Source: Gracilinanus agilis
Taxonomy: Eukaryota
Direction of reading: 5' to 3'
Length of the DNA stretch: 64,000 nt
NCBI RefSeq assembly: GCF_016433145.1
Contig: NC_058135.1
Coordinates: 280,144,930 to 280,208,929, forward strand
How positions within the stretch are numbered: the stretch's first letter is position 1; each line of letters opens with the position of its first letter. The position numbers were made by a program, and so were the translations under genes. The notes below the pieces were generated by a model. That model saw nothing but the letters and a program-made list of their open reading frames with translations, did not search any database and had not been told where the DNA came from. Shown piece after piece: positions 11,540 through 24,405 of this stretch.

Positions 11540-14054
11540 TGTTAGAGTGATAGCAATAGAAATAAAGGGGCAGGAAGGAAATGTTTTAAAGATGGCATAG
11601 AAGGGGCAGTTAGGTGGCTCAATGGATTAAGAACCAGGTCTAGAGATGAGATCTGGGTTCAAAACCAGCCTCAGACACTTCAAAGCTGTGTGATAAGTTA
11701 ACCCCAAAATTGTAAACATGAGAGACCTAGGTGAATGAACTGGATTCTGAAATCAGGTGAAGAAACACCTCTAGGAAAAAAAGGTTAAACTGGAGTTAGA
11801 CCCCATCACCAGAGAAGTTAGAACTAGAAATAGAAATGCTAAAGCCAAGAGTTGAGAGTTAAAAGCTCTGGGAATGAGGGAAGATTTCTACCTGATAGAA
11901 TAATAAGAAAGATGGCCAAGCACAGGCCCTTGAATATACCTACATTATGAAGTCAGAAAGATTGGAGGAGACAGTTATTTCCATGTATATTTATAGTTCT
12001 TAATTGGCTACATAACACATTTTTCGTTGAAGCCAATATATTTTATTGTAAATTATGGGGAGGGTGGGGCACCTGTTAAAAGGTGATAAAAAGAATAAGA
12101 AAGAATTACATTAGGTTTTTAAGTTCCATCTTTGAGTGGTTGTTGCCAATGATTCTGAATCATTCTGTCCTGTTCTTGGCATGTGGACCAAATGCCTCTT
12201 TGTTTTTAGTATTGTGAAAATGACTGGTTCCTTTGATACTAATAATTAACAAGGAATCTAAAGTAGTGGTAGTATTTTCTGATACAGGGTGAAAATTGGG
12301 CTATTTTTATTTATTTTTGATGGCATTTGTTCTGTTAAGGTAAGTTCGTATCCAGTATCTAGATTCATCAACAGCCCTCATTCTTTTTATCCAGATAGGG
12401 AACCACCTCCCCAAATTATGCAATTTGTTTTTCTCTTTTTAATGCTTTTTGTAAAATGAAGCATTAAGATACTGTAGTTGATGGACAGAATGCTGGTTGT
12501 GTGAAACATTTTTTAAAAGGCTACCACAAATACAATTTTGGTCAGTGTTCCAGGGAACCATTCTCAAGGTAGTGTTAATCTTTTAACTATTTAGGAAGAT
12601 GCGAGCACCTCAGTCAGCCCGTCATGTATCTTTCTTTAAAAATTCTTAATGCATAGTTTAAAAAGTCAGAAAGTAGAGTCAAAGACTAAAGAATTTTAAA
12701 AGAAAAAAAATGGATCTATTTTCCAAAATATACTATAGAGAGGATAAATAATAAGATAGTATCATTGTCCCAGATTTTAAATACATATTTATTTCATGGT
12801 TATATCTAAAAGAATTATAGTGTATTTAATATGCTTGTTTTCTTCAAATACTAATAATATATATTTAGAGTTTGAAAGGACCATTGGAGGTCAGTTTGTT
12901 CAATCCTTCATTTTACAAATGAAAAAACAAAGGTTCAAAGAAATAAAAAAGGCTTGTTCAGGCTCTTCAGGAAAGAGTGGCTTAGACCTTGACCTCCGAA
13001 TCCAGCACTTGTCCCACTATTACATGTTCCTTCCACATTACAATCCTTTTAGAACTTAAATATATTTAGAAGTTTCTGTGGCCAAAAACTTCTCCATTTA
13101 GTTTGGTTATTTCTTAAACAACAAACTTTCTCATCCATAAGTTGACTCATGTTGGAGATTTTTTCCTATGAGCCCTAAGATTGTAGATGCAGAGCAGGAA
13201 AAGATCTTAGTACTTGTATTGTTCTTTAAATGACAAAGTTGATTCCTAAAAAAGGCAAAGTCACTTGGCTAAAGCTTCCCAAATGGTCAGAAGCAGGTGG
13301 AGGATTTGAACCTTGGTTTTGTAGATCCAGTGCTCTTCTCATCTGCTAAAACCTGCACTGGGCTGCCCTAGCAGAGTCTATGAGGACCCATCGATCACTT
13401 GAATGAAATGAAAAGACAATGAAAAGGGATTTAGCAGAAAAACACAGGAGAAGGTTGGGAGTGGGAGCAGTTATTATATACAAACTTGTTGAATTTAAAT
13501 AAAGTAATTAAATGTTTAGGGAGATTCGTTGTATCTACTAAGGAAGCATGTGGCAAGACTTTAAAAATAGAGGTTATTTTAGCAAAATTATATTTTAAAG
13601 CAATATTTTAGTTTGATTTTAAAATATATGCAAACTAATTGACATGGGGAGTTTTTGTAGCTTCAAAATTACTCTTAAAAAGAATTATTGATTCAGTTCA
13701 ACAACTATTTGAATTCATACAGTGTGGAAATTTTGATATATTGATAATAAAATCAGCCTTGTTGCAGTTCATCTCAAGCAATATCAGGGTGTTGACAAGC
13801 AAGAGCTAATATACTTTGTTTAGTAAAAACCCATAGATGGATGCAGGTAGCTGAGGAGACCAACCTACAACAATCTACTCTCAAAGAAAATAAAATAGGT
13901 TAGGTATTACAATAGAGGTACATACCAAGGGCAATGGGGGTTGTCTTATTCTACAGATTTTTCGGTATCTTGATTTCTTCCTAAGAGAGGAATATAGCTT
14001 AATCTTTTTAATCCATTTTTAAAATCTTTTTAAAGTAGTTCACTACACTGTCAC

Positions 14055-14248
14055 TTTTTCCTTTTTTTTTTTTAAATCCTTAACTTCTGTGTATTGGCTC
14101 CTAGGTGGAAGAGTGGTAAGGGTGGGCAATGGGGGTCAAGTGACTTGCCCAGGGTCACACAGCTGAGAAGTGTCTGAGGCCAGATTTGAACCTAGCACCT
14201 CCCATCTCTAGGCCTGACTCTCAATCCTCTGAGCTGCCCAGCTGCCCC
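14055..14248 (-). mobile_element. SINE1_Mdo-like SINE, short-tail variant, with 12-bp TSD
   Basis: TSD CACTACACTGTC at 14041-14052 and 14249-14260. Confidence 0.92.
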
Positions 14249-15699
14249 CACTACACTGTCTCTTGAAACGTCTGAAATGTCCACATGATGGCAATACTGC
14301 TTTGGGATTAAGACCAAGAGGGATGCTAAATCTTATATTATTATAGCAAGGGCTCCAGAACCACAGAACAATCATCTGAGGACCATATTAGTTGAAAAAA
14401 GCATTTTCGTTTTGTTTTTAAGAGGAAAAATAGAAATTGCCTTCTCACTTTTAAGTTAAAATCAGGAAACATACTTTAATGGGTATAACACTATGGCCTT
14501 GAACGTGTTGCATTTTTTTCTTTAAGACTTTGATTTTTCTCCTGTAAAATGGAATTGGTTTTGATGATCTTGTGAGGTCTTGAAATATATACAGGTAAAT
14601 AGATAAAAATTAGAGAGAAGTATACTAATAACTCGTCTACTAAAAGTCTGGTTTCAGAATGAGTAAGCATTATCAATATATTGAAATCTTAGAAAGAATG
14701 TGTCATTGAAGTGTTGTCATTATTTTCAGATGGGGAAAACTACTACTTATTCAATAGAATAACATTTTTTAGTCTTGAAATGAGAGTATTATTGCACAAG
14801 ACATTAAAGGTTGTATTTTCACTTCAGTAAGTACATGTGATTCTGCCATGGATGAAATTAAGCCAAGTACTGAATTAGAAAATTGGTGCTCTCTTGCACA
14901 TTTAATGACTTAAAATTAGCTTGTAAAGAAATACTGTTTTTATAACATCATGGAATTTTAAGCCTTAAAGTGACCTAGGAAATAATCTAGACAGTCTGAT
15001 CTGAACTTATCTTACAAATGAAGAAACAGAAGTACCCCCAAATCAAGTGATTTGTCTGAAGCCAGTACAGCTAGTTATTAGCTGGTTTGGGACTAGAACT
15101 TGCTACTCATAAATCTTAACCTGGTAAATAAGCTTTCCAATTCCATTCTCATTCAGCTTGAGTGATGTAAAACATTTAATAAATGCTTCCTATGCATGAT
15201 ACTGTGCTAAGCTCTGGGGAACTCACATACATTGGGGGAAATGACTCTAGCTGGAGGTTTCAGGTATAAGTTAGATGGGAAAGGGCAGTGGATTTTAGGA
15301 TTCAGTGGTAAAGCAGGTAATTGTGCATCTCCCCCTTCATGTCATTTCCTGCAATAAAACCATTGGACAGGGCCAACAATAGGGTTCCTCTGTCTTTGAG
15401 AGCTATGTCTCCTCACAAGGAAGAGTTATAAACCCTACAGAGGGATTTGGCAGGATTTCTCACTGAATAATGACTGTAGGGACTTGGCTGGACCAGATTT
15501 AGAACCAGTGCCTTGTCATTTGATGGTAGTTTGGGTTCTAGTTTCTTTTTTTTTTTTTTTTTTTTTCCCCTTCAGCATTACAGCTTTGGATAAGACATTT
15601 GACCTGCTTCAAGGCAGATGTCAGAGGTACCATCTACCTCTGAGGTATAAGATTTGATTCAACAAATACTAAGTTTCTTCTTGCCCAGGGCTTGGTGTT

Positions 15700-16900
15700 A
15701 GGCAGTGGAGATATTTAAAAAAGATAGCCCCTGCCATCACGAAGCTTACATTTTACTATGGGATATTATATGTATGGGGATACATACAGGATTATTTGAG
15801 AGGCGAGAAAAGACATTAAAGATAGATCAACTTGGATGTCGATTGGCTGAGCTAAGCCTTAAAAGGAAATTAAGGATTCTGAGAAGTAATGGTAAAGAAT
15901 GGTGTGCATTCTAAGCATGCCTTCTGCAAAGATAAGTCTGTAAAGGTAGATGGGAACCAGAATGTAAATGCCCAAATCACCGGCATTAAGGAGCCTGTGA
16001 GCAGAGGATTAACAAGATTAGACCCATGATTTAGGAATAAGGGGGGTGGGGGTGGGGAGGGCGGGTGAATACTGGAGAAAGATCAGACCAGAAATAGAGA
16101 CCAAATAAGTCTCTGTGAGAGTTTAAGCAAGAAGTAGTGAGCTACTCGTTTTTGGTAGTGGCAATGAGAATATGAGTAAGGGGGAAGATGCATTCAGATC
16201 ATTAGAGGTAGGATTGACAAGGTGGGACATTACTAGATGTGGAGGATGGGGGTGGGATGTGTTAAAGTTTCACTGAATGATGAGAAAGATTATTATTCCC
16301 CTTGACAAGCATTAGAAAGTTTGGAGAAAGAGGTAAATAGGAGGGAAGAGGATTTCTGTTTTAGACAGTTTGAAGTACTGACTATATATCCAGAAGAAAA
16401 TGTCGCTGTAGTAGTTGGTAATGTGAGACTGAGTTTTGTTAGAAATATTAGAATTTGATATGTACATTTTGGAAATAATTGAAGTCATGGCTTGATGATT
16501 GTAGAGATTATAGAGAAAAAGAGAATGCTCAGGACATATCCTTAGACTATCCCAGCCAATATCATGATTGGGAGTTAGATGACAATGATGATTCAGTAAA
16601 TGACATTGAAAAGGAATGGTCAGACAGGTAGGAGAACCAAGAAGGAGCAATAGTATGAAAACTTACGAGGAGAATATTCAGGAGCAGAGGGAGGATATCA
16701 GGATCATGCCCTTTCTTGTCAGCGTTATCCAACAATATAGAATTCATAGGACAGAATTAAGAGGGGAGAACGGCCATCACATTTAGCAGCTGTGGTCATT
16801 ACCTTAGAAATTTTTCATCTGTGTGATTTAGTCAGAATTCAGGTGTACAGGATTAAGGAATAAGTGGGAGTTGAGGGAAATAGTAGGGACGAGGGTAGTT
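15700..16900 (-). mobile_element. L2 LINE ORF2 fragment
   Basis: The ORF track gives APSWFSYLSDHSFSMSF and FKLSKTEILF, degenerate L2 reverse-transcriptase motifs. Confidence 0.7.
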
Positions 16901-17559
16901 TACAAGTATAGCCAGGGAAGATGCGGGATGATGGCAACATCAAATTAAGGTTGAAATACCTAGGCTTGCAGAGAAGGAACCAGTAGTGTAGGAGATTAAA
17001 GAGAGGAAATAATAGATGGGTTGAGCAAGGTCTCAAAAATCAAGACTCAGTACTGGCAAGGAGAAGGGCTACCCAGGAATGGAACAAAGGAAAAGAAAAG
17101 GTGTGTTCTGTGAAATAGAGAAGAAAATGGAAACTTAGAATTGAGATGGCTAGTTTCTCAGTTTTAAAAAAACAAACAATTCTCAAGAGAACCATTCATT
17201 AGGAATGCATTTAAAATGAAAAAATAAAAATATTTTAAATTAATAGTCACAATAGCAGCCAAAATACTAGAAAACAGGGGTGTAAATCCATTGTTGATAC
17301 AATTTGGAACTGCATACAAATAAAATCAAGTTAGCAAAAGTTTACTAAACATCTTCCTTGGGCTAGGCATTATAATGAGTGCGGGGAATAGAAAGAAAGG
17401 CAAAAAATAGTTCCTGACCTCAAGGAACTAAAAAAAGTTGATATGGGGTTGGGGGGAAGAGGAAAGCATGCAAATCTTTGTGTATAGACACATATCTACA
17501 CATATACTGACAAGATAAAATGAAGATAAATCTGAGAAAGAAAGCACTAAGATTAAGAA

Positions 17560-19200
17560 AAACCAGAAGGTGGGACTTTTTTCCTCCCAAATTAGTAAGC
17601 ACTGTGCTAAATGCTGGCTCTAAAGAAGGACAAAAGATAATCCAGTCTAATGGGAGAAACAACAAACAGTTATCTGCAAGATAAGTAGGAAATAATCAAA
17701 AGGAGGAAGGCACTTGATTAAGGGTGAAAGACTTCCAAAATAAGGTAGAATTTTAGCTGAAACTTTAAGGAAGTCAGGGAAGCTAGGAAGCAGAGGTGAG
17801 AAGGGGGGAGCATTCCAGGCACAAGGAACAGCCAGAGAAGGTATCCAGAGCCAACAAATAAACATTGCCAAGAGGCCATTGTCACTAAGAGGATGCATGT
17901 GTGTTAGATGGAGATGGCACAGGAGATGTAAGAAGACTGGGGAAGGGGTGGTACCTGCGTGCCCAAAGACTGAACACCAAGCAGGATTTTGTATTGGATC
18001 CTGGAAGTGATAAGGAATTTAGGAAAATTTCCACTTTGGCAGCTGAGTAAAGGATGAACTAGAGTGGGGAGACTTGTGGAAGGTAGCCCAACAGCAATGT
18101 TACTGCATTGGTCCTGGTGTGAGGGGATTGAGAATTTGCCCCATAGTGGTGGCAGTATGTGTGTGTGGGGGGGCCCAGCAAGGCATATTGGAAGTTTAAC
18201 GTGGCAGAATTAAAAGACTTTGATAACTAGTGGGATATGGGGTGAGATAGAGTGAGATAATAGAGGATAATACTTAGGTTAGGACTGGGTAAGTGGATTT
18301 GAGAATGATCAACAAAGAGATGATAATTGAATCCATGGAAGATTATGTAAAGTAGTATAAGAGAAGGCCCAGGACAGAGCCCTGAGGCCCATACGGGGTT
18401 AACTGGCATGACTTGGGGCATGATCAGGCAAAGAAGACTGAAAAGGAATGGTTAGGTGGATAAAAGAACCAGCAAAAAGCCATGTCATGAAACCTAGAGA
18501 AGACAGCATCAAGAAGAGAGTGATTGGGTGTGTTAGAAGCTACAAAGAAGTCAAGAAGGATGAGGATTGCATCAAAGCCACTGGATTTAGTGATTAAGAG
18601 ACCCTTGATAACTGAAGTGAACAATTTTGGTTGCATGTTAAGGTCAGGCAGCAGCAGGTTGTAGAGATTTGAAGCAGTGGGGGAATGGATTAAACTCCTT
18701 AAGGAGTTTAATCACAAAAGGGAAGGTGAGATGGGGATGATAGTGGAACAGAAAGATCTAATGAGGGGCTTTTGAGGCTGGAGAGACATGGGCATTTTTG
18801 TAGGGAAGCAGCCAATAATTGAGGAAAGATTGAAGATCAGTGAGACAATGGAGATGATAAATGGGGCAAATATTCTGGAGGAGATGGAGTGGAATGAGAT
18901 TTGTACAGGTAGGGAGTTTGCCTTTGCAAGGTAAAGAAGGATCACCTCTTCATGGGAGATGGGTGTAGGAGATAGTAGCAGAAGACATGATGTGTTGAGG
19001 AGGAAAGAAGTGGGAGTTGTGACCATGGTTTCAAGTTTGTTGTTGTTTCAGTTAAATATCAGGCAAACTTCTCAGCTGAGAGGGTGGAAATACAGGGAGG
19101 CAGGAAGAGGCTTAAGGAGAGATGAAAATTTATGGAAGCAAAGACTTGAAGGCAACCAGGACGAAGGTTTCAGGCATAGGAGATATCCTATAAAAATGCA
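17560..19200 (-). mobile_element. L2 LINE ORF2 fragment(s)
   Basis: VIKGLLITKSSGFDAILILLDFFVASNTPNHSLL resembles the L2 RT motif TNDLLxAKS...LILLDLSAAFDTVDH. The L2 3' region (AVPCAWNA) is at about 17800. Confidence 0.75.
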
Positions 19201-19329
19201 TGGAATTAAGAGAGGGAAGGTTTTTTTGCAAACAACAATAAGAAATCCAGAAGAATCATTCAGTTATACAAACCCTTTGGTCCTAGTAGTGATAGCACTA
19301 GGAGACCTACAACCAGTAAAGAGGGAAAG

Positions 19330-20017
19330 GACCCATGTGTACAAAAAATAAGCATAGTTCTTCATAGTGACTAATGACAAGAACTGGGAACTAAGGTTAT
19401 TCCCATCAATTGGGGAATAGCTAGAGGTATGTGAATGTAATAAAATATTATACCCACAAGAAATGATGATGAAATGGAGGTAAAATTCAGAGAAACTTTG
19501 GAAGACATTTATGTAATCCTGTAGAGGAAAGTGAGTATTACCTAGAAAATAGCAACAATAGCATAAAGGAAAACCAAGACTTCAGAGCTCATCAGTGCAA
19601 TGAGCAACCATGATTCCAAAACACCAGAGATGTTTATGGACTGCATCTCCTGAGGTTGAGGTGATGAACTCATGGTACAGAATGAGCCATATTTTCAGCT
19701 GATTTTGCTTTGTTCGTTTCCTCATCTGTACATTTGATGATAAGAATTTTGTTCTTCCTTCAGTGGGAGGATGGGGGAAGCTAAAGAACAGTGAGGGGGC
19801 AGCTGAGTGGCTCAATGGATTGAGAGCCAGGCCTAGAGACTGGAGGTCTTGGGTTCAAGTCCGGCCTCGGACACTTCCAGCTGTGTGACCTTGGGCAAGT
19901 CACTTGACCCCTACTGCCCACCGGGCTCAGACACTTCCCAGCTGGGTGACCCTGAACGACTGTGTGTCCCATTGCCTACTGGTTGTGGCCCTATGCTCCT
20001 AGAATGGAGTCCCAGGA

Positions 20018-20054
<37 letters not shown>

Positions 20055-20100
20055 AGTAAGGTGAGAAAGAGGAGCATTGAAGCATTTTTAAAAATGTACA
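19330..20100 (+). mobile_element. Old L1 3' fragment interrupted by a SINE
   Basis: Degraded L1 ORF2 end/3' UTR (gaactgggaactaagg...tcccatcaattggggaatagct); SINE inserted at 19795-20050. Confidence 0.55.
19795..20050 (+). mobile_element. Composite SINE with internal duplication, distinct tail and A30
   Basis: TSD AAAGAACAGT at 19783-19792 and 20048-20057; the cagacacttcccagctg..gtgacc block occurs twice. Confidence 0.88.
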
Positions 20101-21049
20101 GTAAGAAACATGGTCAATTGACAACCCAAACAAGCAATTCAGCTTTGAAAATAACTGTCGCGTTTCATGTAGAATGGGAGAAGGCAGTTTGGGGCTTGAA
20201 TGGACTCTGCTTTGCCCTGCTTTGTACTGGAAATGCTCATCTTATATTTAATGTAAAGTTGAGAATTTTTAAGAACTGACCTGGGGGGAAAGCAAAATGT
20301 AGGAAAAAGAGAAACCCTAGAATCTTAGGCTGCATTAAGAAAAATTAAGTGTCAAAGACTAGGGAGGTGACGGCCCTACTGGCCTGCTCAGAACCAAAGA
20401 GAGGGAGAAAAGGACAATTAGACAATGAACCAGTGCAGTCCTGCATTTAGAGTCATATCAGTTCTTGAAAACTTTTCTGCCTGATCTATGCTGAAACAGA
20501 CATAGAATCTTGTTACGGTGCTGACTTTGGGTAGCATTACCTAATTGAAAGGCTTTTAGAACTTCACAGGGCACTTAGCAAAGTCATACTTTGTGACTTT
20601 GTGTAATTATTAATGGAATACCATGGTGGGCACATCAATCAATAAGCATTTATTAAGTGCCTAAAAATATGCTAGATAGGCTTTTAAATGATTGAACTGT
20701 TGAAAAGGAAAAAATAATTTCCTGTCCTGTTATACTTTGGTAATTTTAAGGGCATTTTGCAGTAGTGATCTGTGATCACTACTTAATTATTGGTTCTTTC
20801 TATTCCTGTTAGTATAGAAAAGGTTAGGATGAAAGAACTTGAGTTGCATCTGATTTCTTTTCATCCCTTTTGATAGTGAGGCATCTTTTTAGCCTACTGG
20901 ATGATGACTGGATTGATTGATTATTTTAAAAATCAGGATGTTTAATTTACAACCTCCCTTTCCTTATTGGATATAACAATGGTATTGAACATTATGGCTA
21001 TGTTTCATATAACTTAACTCACAGTATTGTGTGTCCTTTTTTATCTTAG

Positions 21050-21262
21050 ATCCCAAGGAAGAGAAAGAGGAAGAAGACAATTCTACCCTTACTCAGGAAG
21101 CTCCTATTGCTACCTCTCGGCCCAGCCGAGGCTGGCGTAGCAGTAGCAGGACCGCTGCGTCACGGAATTGTGATACAGAGAACACTCGAAGTTCAAGGTC
21201 CAAGACTGGCTCCTTGCAGCTGATCTGCAAATCAGAACCCAATACAGAAGAGCTTGAATACG
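21050..21262 (+). CDS. ZFP91: ZFP91 coding exon 3
   Basis: tcttag|ATCCCAAGGAA...GAATACG|gtatag, 213 nt. Encodes DPKEEKEEED...RPSRGWRSSSR...SKTGSLQLICKSEPNT, near-identical to mammalian ZFP91. Confidence 0.95.
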
Positions 21263-21494
21263 GTATAGTGAAAGCGGAAAGTGGTTGAGGAATGACCAAC
21301 TGCCAGATAATTTTGAGTGTATATAACACTGACTATTGGCTGAAGTAGGTTAATTTGGGAATATAAGAGCTTTCTCTCATACTGATATCTTCATTATGAT
21401 AATTTGTGGTTCTCTTTATCAACAGAGATGGAACTAATAGCATGTTTCTGTTTTTTGTGTTTTTTTATTTTGTTTTTTTTTTTTTTTTCTCTAG

Positions 21495-21531
21495 AGATAA
21501 CAGAAGAACAACAGTCTCCTGGTGGAGTAAG
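21495..21531 (+). CDS. ZFP91: ZFP91 coding exon 4
   Basis: Long T tract then ctag|AGATAACAGAAGAACAACAGTCTCCTGGTGGAGTAAG|gtagga, 37 nt. Encodes EITEEQQSPGGV (human DVGEEHQSPGGI); frame is continuous with exons 3 and 5. Confidence 0.92.
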
Positions 21532-22545
21532 GTAGGAAACTTTCTGGATACACTTTTATTTCATTTGGGACCATGGAATACAATCATTCAGAAGCTTATT
21601 TTCCATTTTAAAATCTGTTTAATTCTTAGTGAGAATTAAATGTCTCTGTTGATTCAAACTTTGTCTTTTTGGTTTTGCTTTTATTAATTGATAATTAATA
21701 CCTTAAGCCTCATTTTCTTCATCTACAGAACAGGGCGTTTAGACTAAATCTAGCTATTACCACTAACATCACATGAACCTAGTTGTTTTCTGAATTAAGG
21801 ACTTTTTACTCTTTGAGAATTTAATTTCAATATTTATTAAGCCAATTCTTAAGTATTTCTTAAAATAATCGTGCAACTTCTATTGCATCTGAAAGATGGT
21901 AAAAGAAAACATAAAAAATTGTTGGGAGGGGTCATGTTTTTTAACAAAGTCAGCCTTTCTCAAATCAATGTCAAATAATTCAAGAATGTTTGTAATAATA
22001 TAAAAGAGATCTCAAAATTCAAAAGTTTGTTTTAATTTTTTTTAATGATAAGAGTTGTCACTTCAGAATTCAAAACCATAAGGAGTTAGAATTCTGAAAT
22101 AGCTGAGAATCACTGGGAAAGGAGGCGGCTAATCTTTTAGGAGATTAAAATACTATATCCAGATTCTCAGATTCTATTTTTGATCAATTTTAGAGATGTC
22201 CATTATTAATTAAGGGGAAAGTTAAATAAATGTTCATCAGTTACTAGAACTATTTGAGTTCAAGCATTTTAGTTTTATAAGAAACTTGGACTATAGTTAT
22301 TAAGCAATTCCCATCTTTTCTTAATTTTCTGTTTTTATGCATATACATAAAATTGCGAATATACACTCTTTCTGATTTCATCTTGGAAGTAAGAGCTTGA
22401 AGAAACGGCTGGCTATATTGCACTTGACTAGATTACCAGAATTGGAAACATAGCTGAACAATTATAGACTTATTGAGTGGAAACCTTTAAATGAGCATAG
22501 CTGTAGAATTTCCATCACCTCTTTTGTTTGACTTTCTCCTTTTAG

Positions 22546-22647
22546 TAGTGATGAGGAGGAGGAAGAAGAGGAGATGTTGATCAGTGAAGAGGAGATACCC
22601 TTCAAAGATGACCCAAGAGATGAGACCTACAAACCCCACTTAGAAAG
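22546..22647 (+). CDS. ZFP91: ZFP91 coding exon 5 (acidic tract)
   Basis: tttag|TAGTGATGAG...TTAGAAAG|gcatgc, 102 nt. Encodes SDEEEEEEEMLISEEEIPFKDDPRDETYKPHLE. Tandem TAG-TAG acceptor and a GC donor. Confidence 0.93.
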
Positions 22648-23319
22648 GCATGCTTCAAATTCCATTTGAAATGTAGTGATGCGATGTTTTGTTTTCATGT
22701 AAAATGATTGGGAAGCCTTGTCTGATATGTTGCATGCTTTTAATTGTCTTTTATCATGTTGATTTAGTGTTTGGGCATATATCAGTTTCAAATGAATGCA
22801 CTCGGACTTGTTTTACACATCCATTTTCTCTTCTTTTACCCCTTCCCAATTTTGTCTTCCATTCATATTTCAGGAATAAACCTAACCCCAAATTACATCC
22901 ATCCATCCATACCTTTGCTACCTAATCGAATGTTGTCAATTGCCTTGTCACTTAGAAAAATTATAGTTCCTTTGCTTTTTAGTGAGATTTGTCTATGTTG
23001 AAGACATCTTGATATAATGCTTTATAGTAACTAAAATAGTAGGAAAATAATCAAATCTTGTAACACTTTTAGATTTGCAAAGCATTTTCTTTGCACCTAG
23101 TTTAAATGAAAATTCTCTTAAATGTCTATTGTGGCAACTATTGAGCATATTGGACAGAATTCATATTGTAGGAGATTGGGAGGAAAGGAAGAAGATGATA
23201 AAGAACTACCAGAATTTAGATGAGGGTTCTTTGGAAGGAAATTTGTCATTTGCTATAGCATCTTGAATTCAGCCTTATCCCCTTCCTAGAATCCCTTACT
23301 GTCATGTATTTGTGTTCAG

Positions 23320-23454
23320 GGAAGCCCCTAAGCCACGGAGAAAATCAGGGAAGGTGAAAGAAGAGAAAGAAAAGAAAGAAATTAAAGTGGAAGTGGAGGT
23401 GGAGATCAAAGAAGAAGAAAATGAAATTAGGGAAGATGAGGAGCCTCCTAGGAA
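23320..23454 (+). CDS. ZFP91: ZFP91 coding exon 6
   Basis: ttcag|GGAAGCCCCT...CCTAGGAA|gtgagt, 135 nt. Encodes EAPKPRRKSGKVKEEKEKKEIKVEVEVEIKEEENEIREDEEPPR. Confidence 0.95.
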
Positions 23455-24162
23455 GTGAGTAGGAGATAATAATTAGAGATGTAAAATTACTGGAAATTTT
23501 GAAGCCTTGGAAATTTCTTTTTTCCTGTGGGGGTTTTTTGTTTTTTTAATAAATAAACCTGAAATTTGGGGGGAAATTGAAATGTTATGATCAATTTTTT
23601 TCTTCTGATTTTGATTGCTCAAAAAAGTATCTTTTAGATTAGTGGTATGGTGACTTTAATTTACAATCTTTCTGCCAGTAGGATGGCATTTCCAGTAGTT
23701 GGCATGACCTTCTAGAAGAATTTACTATTCTTATGAGAGTTTGATTACTATTTCCCAGTTTTTTCCTTAGATGGATGAGGGGTGGGAGTGAAGAATATTT
23801 CCAGTCCTTTCCTCTGGAATTAGAACTGCTGCTTTTTCCCTCTAAAGATTCTTATCTTTATCAGTTGTAAAGTTTTTCCTGCTAGATGATGAGTCTATAA
23901 TAATACGGCATTGGTTCTATCTCTAAAGGAAGAATTCACTAAAGTTGGGGTGACATGTGATAAAAAAGGGCATAAGCACTTAACTGAGAGCTGGATTCTA
24001 GCCCTGGCCATACGTTTTTTTTTAACCATTAATTTGCCATGAACTTCGTGAAATTAGACTAGATGAGTTCCTTTTGTCTGACAATCTTATATGGGCATCA
24101 AAAGCATGATATCCTAGTGTGAAAATTGGTCCTTTACATTAGGAAGGAAAGAAGGAAAACAA

Positions 24163-24405
24163 GTGTTTATTGAGCACCTACTATGTGCTAGACACTGTGC
24201 TAAGCACTTTATAAAGATATTCTCTCATTTAATCCTCACAAGAACCCTGGGGTGGGTGCTATTATTGTCCCTCATTTATGGTTTTGAGGAAACCGTGGTA
24301 GACAGATTAAGTGATTTATCCAGGGTCACACAGCTAGTAAGAGTCTTAAGTCTGGATTTTAACTCAGGCTTGATTCCAGGCCAAGCACTCTATCCTCTAT
24401 ACTAC
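24163..24405 (-). mobile_element. MIR-like CORE-SINE
   Basis: tttattgagcacctactatgtg...tttaatcctcaca...gtcacacagctagtaag. Confidence 0.8.

Noticed and set aside
15700-19351. Cluster of 60-130-aa ORFs
   Set aside because: Fragments of decayed L2 ORF2 or their antisense.
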